Source of the DNA: Pseudomonadales bacterium
Lineage (GTDB): Bacteria > Pseudomonadota > Gammaproteobacteria > Pseudomonadales > Azotimanducaceae
Length of the DNA: 64,000 nucleotides
Assembly: GCA_019090385.1 (NCBI GenBank)
Contig: JAHRWB010000001.1
Span: 10,484-74,483 of the forward strand
Direction: 5' to 3'
Shown here: in pieces, positions 57,294 through 64,000 of the stretch
How positions within the stretch are numbered: the stretch's first letter is position 1
Layout of the letters: each line of letters starts with the position of its first letter
The notes under the pieces: generated by a model
The model's input: only the letters and a program-made list of their open reading frames with translations
Told to the model about the DNA's origin: nothing
Database searches by the model: none
Position numbers and translations under genes: made by a program

Positions 57294-59114
57294 TTAGGAG
57301 AGTTCTAACCCGGGAAATTTACCTCCGTCGCGAAACTCGGCTAATTTTTCGAAATATTTATTCGCTCCCACCATGCCGCCATAGGGTTGGTTATATCGAG
57401 ATCTTGGATCATGCTGTCCTTCCAGGTTGTAGTAACCCGGGGTACACGTTGAACCACCCATCATGGTAACAGCTTTAGTACCCACCACTGCAGCGGTCCA
57501 TGCCATTTCAGCATCTTCGGTCGCATCTACCCGAGAAATATTGTTATCCAAAAAGTGCTTAATAAGGTGGGCAGTATGCAGGGCGCCCTCATCCAGGGCA
57601 TCGGGGTAATTGGCGGTAAAGGCTGCTTGCCCATTGCCTATCAATAAGCAATTGGGGAAACCATGACTATGGATGCCAAAGTACGAGATCATTCCCTTAC
57701 TCCACTTTTCTTCAAGACTGATTCCATCAACACCAATTAAGTCATAACCGGCACGACGCGTGTAGTCAGTACCCACCTCAAACCCCGTCGCAAAAATAAG
57801 GCAGTCGACCTCATATTCAACCCCATCAACAATAACGCCTGTTTCGGTAATGGCTTCAACGCCTTGACCATCCGTATCCACAAGTTGAACGTTGTCTCTA
57901 TTAAATGTCGGTAAATATCGATCATCTAAACAAGGCCGCTTACACATAAAAGCGTAATATGGTTTAAGCGCCTCAGCGACCTCTTTATTTTCAACAATAT
58001 CCTCTACTCGATTTCTAACATTTTCCATTTTTTCAAAGTTAGCGAACTCATAGATTCTGCCAGCATCTCCCGGTTGAACATCTGAACCCAATTCACGCAT
58101 CCTTCTGCGGTATATTTTTCCCATTTCGACCCAGGCATCATCGAACTGGTCTAGTTGTTCGATCTCCCCTCGACGTCCGCCTCGTCCGCTTATAACCGCG
58201 GTAAAATCTTTTTGCCGCTGCTTTTGCCACCCAGGTTTCAAACCGGCAGCCCATTCGGAGTCAGTTGGGTGATCATTACGAAAATCCACACCCGACGGTG
58301 TACGCTGAAAAACATACAATTGTTTCGCGCTTTCTCCTAAATAGGAGACACATTGAATCGCTGTCGCACCGGTACCAATAATGCCAACGCGTTTGTCTTT
58401 CAGGCCCGTAAGTCCACCCCGGGAATTGCCGCCGGTGTAGTTGTAGTCCCATCGACTGGTATGAAAAGTGTGGCCTTTAAATTTGCTAATACCTTTTATT
58501 CCGGGCAGTTTAGGCCGGTTCAGAGGACCGTTAACCATAAGCACAAATCTTGCTTTTATTTTGTCATCACGGTTGGTATAAATCGTCCAGCGGCGGCTAG
58601 CTTCATCCCATACCAGCTTTTCTACTTCTGTTTGCATACAGGCGTTATCATAGAGCCGGTATTTTTTTGCTACATTTTGGCAATGACTCAGAATTTCCTG
58701 CGCATCCGCGTACTTTCGCGGTGGCATATAATCCAGCTCTTCCAATAGGGGCAAGTAGGTATACGCTTCGATATCACAGGCAGCACCAGGGTAGCGGTTC
58801 CAGTACCAGGTTCCACCAAAATCCGATGCCTTCTCAATCACCCGTATATCTTCTACCCCCGCTTCACGTAAGCGCGCACCAGCAAACAAGCCACCGATAC
58901 CACCCCCGATAATCGCCACGTTCACTTCGTCTTCCAAGGGTGCTCGATTGATGGGGTTTTCTACGTAGGGGTCATCAATAAAATGCGAAAAATCGCCTCT
59001 CATCTCCTGATACTGTTCATTGCCATCTGCGCGCAGACGTTTCACTCTTTCTTCTTCGTACTTTTGCCTTAAATATTCCGGGTCAAAGGCTTCTTTGGTT
59101 TCACTGATACTCAC
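57294..59114 (-). CDS. Type I Baeyer-Villiger monooxygenase, paralog of 39827-41635
   Basis: 606 aa with IIGGGIGGL, IIGTGATAIQ, a perfect fingerprint FKGHTFHTSRWD and GGTWYWNRYPGAACDIEAYTYLPLLEELDYMP. Confidence 0.9.
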   Translation of the reverse strand: MSISETKEAFDPEYLRQKYEEERVKRLRADGNEQYQEMRGDFSHFIDDPYVENPINRAPLEDEVNVAIIGGGIGGLFAGARLREAGVEDIRVIEKASDFGGTWYWNRYPGAACDIEAYTYLPLLEELDYMPPRKYADAQEILSHCQNVAKKYRLYDNACMQTEVEKLVWDEASRRWTIYTNRDDKIKARFVLMVNGPLNRPKLPGIKGISKFKGHTFHTSRWDYNYTGGNSRGGLTGLKDKRVGIIGTGATAIQCVSYLGESAKQLYVFQRTPSGVDFRNDHPTDSEWAAGLKPGWQKQRQKDFTAVISGRGGRRGEIEQLDQFDDAWVEMGKIYRRRMRELGSDVQPGDAGRIYEFANFEKMENVRNRVEDIVENKEVAEALKPYYAFMCKRPCLDDRYLPTFNRDNVQLVDTDGQGVEAITETGVIVDGVEYEVDCLIFATGFEVGTDYTRRAGYDLIGVDGISLEEKWSKGMISYFGIHSHGFPNCLLIGNGQAAFTANYPDALDEGALHTAHLIKHFLDNNISRVDATEDAEMAWTAAVVGTKAVTMMGGSTCTPGYYNLEGQHDPRSRYNQPYGGMVGANKYFEKLAEFRDGGKFPGLELS

Positions 59115-59385
59115 GTTGCAGTCTCCTTGACGATAGGGGTATGGCTAATACTCTATGAAATTTATAGGATGGGAGTAAAGTGCTGAGTCAAATTTTCCTC
59201 CGCCGGAACATTATTCAGAGATAGTCAATATCCATAACAAGTACCCCAGCCCGATGAAGGCTTGAACATTTGCCAGCCCGTCATTTTTTCTACATACAAA
59301 ATCCCACAATGTGCGGTCAAGTCATTACATGTAAAGCAATTCGTTCCGTATCCTGTCCTACAGTACGGACTAAAAAGGAAGAACT

Positions 59386-60408
59386 TTGCAAGACCTTCAC
59401 CAATCGAATGATGATGTTACCCCGATTCTATCGGTCGTTATTCCCTGCTTTAATGAAGCATCAGTCCTTCCTGAGCTGCGCCGCCGTTTGATCCGCGCCT
59501 GTGAGACAGCCGTAGGTTCAGACTTTGAAATTGTGCTGGTTGATGACGGCTCCACCGATCAGACTCGAGAGCTATTGTGTCAATATCACCAGGAAGATCC
59601 TAGAATCGTGGTGGTAATACTGGCCAGAAACCATGGCCACCAATTGGCGCTGTCTGCTGGATTGAAGGTAGCCGCTGGTGAAAAGATTTTTGTCCTTGAC
59701 GCAGATCTTCAAGATCCCCCCGAGCTTTTAATGCCTATGCTCGATCGTATGGGAGAAGGATACGACGTTGTGTATGGTCAGCGTATCAGCCGGGCAGCTG
59801 AAACCACTTTTAAAAAACGTTCATCTCATTATTTCTACCGTATTTTAAATCGGATTGTAGACATCAATATTCCCAAAGACACAGGCGACTTTCGACTCAT
59901 GTCACGGCGTGTGGTCAACATTTTGAATACCATGCCCGAGGGGGATCGTTTCATTCGGGGCATGGTCAGCTGGGTGGGTTATCCGCAAATCTCTTTTCCT
60001 TATCACCGTGATGAACGTTTTGCGGGTGAAACCAAGTATTCACTACGCAAGATGTTGTCGCTTGCGCTAGATGCGATTACATCTTTTTCTACTGTTCCGC
60101 TGGCGATTGCAACCACGCTTGGCTTTATTTTTGCGGCGCTTGCCGGATTTTTCGGTATCTATACGGTTGCGGTGTACTTCCTGGGGTATGCGGTTGAGGG
60201 TTGGGCTACGCTGTCGGTGCTAGTGCTTTTGCTGGGTGGTGTACAGCTCATCCTGCTAGGCGTACAGGGAGAATACATTGGCCGTATTTACATGCAATCA
60301 AAGGGAAGACCCCTGTATGTTGTCGATAATATTCTTCGGGCTACACCCCGCGATTTAGCCGCCTCTAAACAAGATCGTCAGACTCACTCAAGTTCGACAG
60401 ACGCATAA
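59386..60408 (+). CDS. GT2 polyprenyl-phosphate glycosyltransferase (GtrB/ArnC/DPM1-like)
   Basis: 340 aa from a TTG start, with SVVIPCFNE, VDDGSTD, LDADLQDPPE and two C-terminal TM helices. Confidence 0.85.
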   Translation: MQDLHQSNDDVTPILSVVIPCFNEASVLPELRRRLIRACETAVGSDFEIVLVDDGSTDQTRELLCQYHQEDPRIVVVILARNHGHQLALSAGLKVAAGEKIFVLDADLQDPPELLMPMLDRMGEGYDVVYGQRISRAAETTFKKRSSHYFYRILNRIVDINIPKDTGDFRLMSRRVVNILNTMPEGDRFIRGMVSWVGYPQISFPYHRDERFAGETKYSLRKMLSLALDAITSFSTVPLAIATTLGFIFAALAGFFGIYTVAVYFLGYAVEGWATLSVLVLLLGGVQLILLGVQGEYIGRIYMQSKGRPLYVVDNILRATPRDLAASKQDRQTHSSSTDA

Positions 60409-60417
60409 TTAGGCAGC

Positions 60418-60801
60418 ATGCAGGTGTTATTCCGTCAAATCCGCCGTTTTTTGATTGTTGGACTGATTAATACAGGAATCGGGCTATCTATCATATGGTC
60501 TTTAATGTATTTCGGTTTCTCTGCTGTTACTGCAAATGTTATTGGTTACATAGTGGGTGGCACCGTCTCATTTAATCTCAACCGGCTGTGGACTTTCGCC
60601 GCAAGCAACAGTGATGCACTCACCGTCGGACGTTTTTTCCTGTCTTTTATTGCAAGCTACTGTGTAAATTTTACAGTACTTTCTCTCGGGCTTAGCCACA
60701 CTGTAATATCACCTTATATCCTTCAATGTATTGCAGCAGTGGCTTATTCCGTTTCTTTTTTCCTACTTTCACGTTATTTCGTGTTTAACGAGCAAAGATA
60801 A
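60418..60801 (+). CDS. GtrA-family membrane protein (putative lipid-linked sugar translocase)
   Basis: 127 aa with four TM helices, an N-terminal RFLIVGLINTGIG and NRLWTF, typical of GtrA. Confidence 0.8.
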   Translation: MQVLFRQIRRFLIVGLINTGIGLSIIWSLMYFGFSAVTANVIGYIVGGTVSFNLNRLWTFAASNSDALTVGRFFLSFIASYCVNFTVLSLGLSHTVISPYILQCIAAVAYSVSFFLLSRYFVFNEQR

Positions 60802-60808
60802 CAGCAAC

Positions 60809-62704
60809 ATGTTACCTCTCAATTCTAGATTCACCCGCAGCGCTTTAGCAGCCACACGCGACTTTATCGAAACAAGACATGTCGCAACAGCCCTTATGCT
60901 TATTGTTGGAATAGCCATTTTCCTTCGGTTTATCGATCTTGAACGAGCAGGTTTAGCTAATTTGTTCTATGCCTCCAGCATTAGATCCATGGGTTTATCC
61001 TGGCATCACTTTTTTTATGCTGCCTTTGATCCTGCAGCAACAATCTCTGTAGACAAGCCACCTTTTGCCCTTTGGCTCCAGGTATTGTCCAGCAAAATTT
61101 TCGGATTCAATGGGGTTGCACTCATTTTGCCGGTGGCGATCGCCGGAGTCCTGGGTGTTTTAGTAACCTATGCCCTGGGCCGGCGGAGCCATGGCATCTA
61201 TGCTGGCTTGTTAGCAGCACTTTTTTTAGCGGTATTTCCCGAATCAGTCGCCACGTCCAGGGACACAACCATGGACGCATTCATCATGCTACTGCTTGGA
61301 CTAGCCGCATGGCAGCTGATTATAATTGTTGAAGACCGTCGGCGCTGGCTATTGGTGAGCTTCGCGGCAACCTTGGGTATTGCATTCAACGTCAAGTTTT
61401 TTCAAGCCTTTGTTATTCTACCCGCCGCCACGGTTTATTTAATGTGGAGATACCGCGGTAACATACGCGAGCTGATAGCCCCGTTGGCAGTGGCATCAAT
61501 TGTCGGAGCTACAATTGCACTTTCCTGGATTGCTTTTGTAGATCTAACCCCGGCAGAAAGTCGTCCACTGGTGATGAACGACGCATCGAACAGCGCGATG
61601 GGCTTGGCTTTTCGGTACAATGGTATTGAACGTGTGATATCTCCAGAATCAAATCCACTAGTATCGGTAATTGGAAGTTCAGGTACGCGCCGAGCACTCG
61701 GAAAGTCAGCTAGATATGGGATAGGCGGTTCCGGCCCCCTTCGACTACTCACGCCCTCAAACGGGGCTTTACTCGGGTTTGGCATCTGCCTTGCACTGGG
61801 TGGAATATTCATTGTGTTGATGAGGAACCGCTTTTGGTTATTTGAAGGCCCTGGGCTATTTTGGAGTCTGTGGCTATTAACCGGCGTTACGTTCTTTAGC
61901 ATTTCTCATCGAGCACCCGCACATTACACTGAATCCTATGTGCCCGCTATTGCTGTCATGGCCGCCGTCGGCCTGATCGAAGCCTGGCGTGCTTCAGGCC
62001 CAATATTGCGTATAGCTGTATTTAACAAGGTGCCAGCTTCTTTGATGCTTCCGAGCATATGCGGCTTGTTACTTATATACGCAGGAGTAATTTATAGCCG
62101 CATACCGACCATAGGCCTACTGGTTCTTGTTACATCGGCCATGGGCGGTATAACCTTGGTGCTCTCTGTCCTTCCTTCGATCAAAAGAACACCAATGTAC
62201 AGTACTGTCGCAAACAGCTTCACTATTGCTTCTATTTTTGCCGTTATGTTGATCACCTCATTGTGGATCGCTCTGGAAGCTCCGCGTGGAGGGCAAATTA
62301 CCAATCCCAATCCCATTACCTATTTATGGCATAAATCACTGATAAATACTGAGTCTCTTCGCGTCCCAACCCTGGACGTACTGGAGCGATATGCAAATAC
62401 TCTACCGCAAGCCAAATATCGATTCGCTATTAGCAGTATAAATGATGCTGGTGAAGCTATTGCCAATACAGGCGCATCTGTACTACCCATTTGGAACAAC
62501 TACACGAATACACCGGTGTTATCTAACGAGAAACTTAACTCTCTCATTCTCTCCAAACAGGTGCCAGTGGTGCTGGTTTATACCTCTCTAGAAAATAGAA
62601 AAGAATTCAGCAAAATTCGAAATTTATTGTCACAGCATTGTCACTCAGCAACTTTTCCAGCACTCGGTTCAGCATGGTCTCTGTGGGATTGTCACTCACC
62701 TTAG
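60809..62704 (+). CDS. GT-C fold glycosyltransferase (ArnT / PMT_2, GT39/GT83-like)
   Basis: The start is the ATG at 60809. The N-terminus is polytopic, with the first-loop motif SVDKPPFALW. About 12 TM helices precede a ~130-aa soluble C-terminal domain. Confidence 0.8.
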   Translation: MLPLNSRFTRSALAATRDFIETRHVATALMLIVGIAIFLRFIDLERAGLANLFYASSIRSMGLSWHHFFYAAFDPAATISVDKPPFALWLQVLSSKIFGFNGVALILPVAIAGVLGVLVTYALGRRSHGIYAGLLAALFLAVFPESVATSRDTTMDAFIMLLLGLAAWQLIIIVEDRRRWLLVSFAATLGIAFNVKFFQAFVILPAATVYLMWRYRGNIRELIAPLAVASIVGATIALSWIAFVDLTPAESRPLVMNDASNSAMGLAFRYNGIERVISPESNPLVSVIGSSGTRRALGKSARYGIGGSGPLRLLTPSNGALLGFGICLALGGIFIVLMRNRFWLFEGPGLFWSLWLLTGVTFFSISHRAPAHYTESYVPAIAVMAAVGLIEAWRASGPILRIAVFNKVPASLMLPSICGLLLIYAGVIYSRIPTIGLLVLVTSAMGGITLVLSVLPSIKRTPMYSTVANSFTIASIFAVMLITSLWIALEAPRGGQITNPNPITYLWHKSLINTESLRVPTLDVLERYANTLPQAKYRFAISSINDAGEAIANTGASVLPIWNNYTNTPVLSNEKLNSLILSKQVPVVLVYTSLENRKEFSKIRNLLSQHCHSATFPALGSAWSLWDCHSP

Positions 62705-63025
62705 GCGATTTGAGAATACGCTCGCTTTTACCATTGAGCCACTCACAGAGAGGATCTTGGCTGCGTTTGCAGTCTTCCGGAATAACAGGTATCTTCACTC
62801 GCTCTTATAAAAACACTAAAGAATCGAGTCGTCTAAAAAATGAATGTTAGAACAGATACCTGCCCCTGTGATGGTCAATATTAACCGGACAAACGAAGAT
62901 TCAGCAGCCTAGATTCATTTATTTAAATCCAACTTAGACTTTCAAATTTACCATCCCAAAAACACCATTTGGGACGAAGAATTTGTTTATTCGATAAACT
63001 CTATCCACCAAGAAGGTTACCGTCC

Positions 63026-63616
63026 ATGCCCTTACCTACTCCTGCACCACGCAGACATTTGCACAATAGATCTATCCACTGTGAGGGCTACCTGCGTGAC
63101 GATGGCATGTGGGATATCGAAGCACGTATCATTGATACCAAAACCTTTGTCGTGAACAATCGCTGGCGCGGTGCCTTGAAGATTGGTGAACCCATTCATA
63201 ATATGGCCATGCGCTTGACCGTAGACAATAAATTCACCGTCCGCGCAATTGCCGTAACGATGGATGATCAACCCCATGAAATATGTAGCCATATTCTGGA
63301 AAATTTTCAAAGGCTGGTAGGAGTGCGGATTGGCCCAGGTTGGACGAAAAAAGTGAAGCAGCTGTTAGGCGGAATTGAAGGCTGCACCCATCTGGTGGAT
63401 CTCCTGGGTCCAATAGCGACGGTTGCATTTCAGGTAACTTCTGCTGAAGCCATGGATATGGCCAGGACTGAACACCCCGCTTTATACCCCGCGGTAGACC
63501 CGAACTCGACCAAAAAACCTTTTGTACTAGATGGTTGTTACACCTGGGGCAGGAGTAGCCTCGCGGTCAAAGAAGTTTATCCACTGCACTATGTTGAAGC
63601 CAAAGAGAGTAACTAG
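63026..63616 (+). CDS. DUF2889 family protein
   Basis: From the ATG at 63026 the protein reads MPLPTPAPRRHLHNRSIHCEGYLRDDGMWDIEARIID. This, together with GIEGCTHLVDLLGPIATVAFQ, matches the DUF2889 pattern. Confidence 0.7.
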   Translation: MPLPTPAPRRHLHNRSIHCEGYLRDDGMWDIEARIIDTKTFVVNNRWRGALKIGEPIHNMAMRLTVDNKFTVRAIAVTMDDQPHEICSHILENFQRLVGVRIGPGWTKKVKQLLGGIEGCTHLVDLLGPIATVAFQVTSAEAMDMARTEHPALYPAVDPNSTKKPFVLDGCYTWGRSSLAVKEVYPLHYVEAKESN

Positions 63617-63671
63617 CGCTCAACCGGAGCAGTTGAACAATAGCGAATCTTTTAAGGCTGTTAGACTCAGA

Positions 63672-64000
63672 CTAATCCAGCGTTTTTATTACAATATTGC
63701 GGAATTTGACAATCCCTTTACCAAACTGGAATCCAATAGGGCCATTTTTAAATACCTTGTCTTCCGCCGTAACGATGCGCTTACCGTTAAGAATAACTTC
63801 CATCTCTGCTCCCCGTGCAATGATTTCATAACTATTCCATCGATTGCCAGTTAGTACTTTATAGAGAGGCGGCGCTAGATTAACGATGCCGCCAGTACGG
63901 TAAGTTTGATCAGGGCGGCTGTCGTAAATATTTATTTCATAGGCGTTTGTAGCAGTGATATCTGAAGGATCGCTAACCCGAATGAATATGCCACTGTTTG
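63672..64000 (-). CDS. DUF1080 (3-keto-disaccharide hydrolase-like, concanavalin-type) protein. Only the C-terminal part is present; the 5' end lies outside the window.
   Basis: My minus-strand translation reads ...NSGIFIRVSD...YEINIYDSRPDQTYRTGGIVNLAPP...NRWNSYEIIARGAEMEVILNGKRIV...GPIGFQFGKGIVKFRNIVIKTLD, with the stop at 63674-63672. This is the classic DUF1080 C-terminal pattern. The ORF is missing from the track because it has no start in the window. Confidence 0.75.
   Translation of the reverse strand, partial: NSGIFIRVSDPSDITATNAYEINIYDSRPDQTYRTGGIVNLAPPLYKVLTGNRWNSYEIIARGAEMEVILNGKRIVTAEDKVFKNGPIGFQFGKGIVKFRNIVIKTLD

Noticed and set aside
39827-62704. Possibility that the accessory-looking block is a mobile genomic island
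   Set aside because: I saw no integrase, transposase, tRNA gene, flanking direct repeats or phage/conjugation genes. I could not compute composition precisely, and apart from 48.0-48.5 kb nothing looks compositionally foreign by eye.
62607-62798. 63-aa minus-strand ORF overlapping the 3' end of the GT-C glycosyltransferase
   Set aside because: It overlaps a confidently called gene by ~100 nt, and has no motif and no clear RBS.
63531-63854. 107-aa plus-strand ORF at the window end
   Set aside because: It overlaps the minus-strand reading frame that gives a textbook DUF1080 C-terminus. The plus-strand product has no motif and runs through the DUF2889 stop region.

Overview
This is a compact 64-kb chromosomal segment with a Gram-negative, probably marine gammaproteobacterial, gene set: ompR/envZ, cmoA/cmoB, ppk1/ppx and a TonB-dependent receptor. 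I saw no rRNA, tRNA, CRISPR array, transposase, integrase or phage genes. Gene packing is tight, with several ATGA start/stop overlaps and two convergent gene pairs whose stop codons share one CTAG.

Most of the content is fatty-acid, CoA and oxidative metabolism:
- two paralogous thiolases, an enoyl-CoA hydratase and a MaoC-like dehydratase
- two acyl-CoA dehydrogenases and a family III CoA-transferase
- two paralogous Baeyer-Villiger monooxygenases, an SDR, an aldehyde dehydrogenase, a PhyH dioxygenase and a fatty-acid hydroxylase
- housekeeping genes: polyphosphate, tRNA cmo5U modification, cyclophilin, a threonine-synthase-like enzyme

The items most worth a second look:
1. A translationally coupled three-gene module (24.5-27.8 kb): retropepsin-like lipoprotein, 7TM/transglutaminase-like membrane protein and RimK-like ATP-grasp ligase. 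Its function is not established.
2. A 1252-aa regulator (48.5-52.2 kb) combining a SARP DNA-binding domain, a degenerate cyclase-like domain, a P-loop STAND ATPase and TPR repeats.
3. A GNAT / JmjC-cupin / RhlA-PhaG-like hydrolase operon behind a BVMO (54.9-59.1 kb).
4. A PncC-like plus NadD-like fusion protein (8.0-9.2 kb).
5. A TonB-dependent receptor broken by one in-frame TAG, with a perfect 20-bp palindrome in its promoter region.
6. An 18-22 bp tandem repeat array directly upstream of ppk1.

All functional calls come from reading motifs in the translated ORFs. No database search was run.
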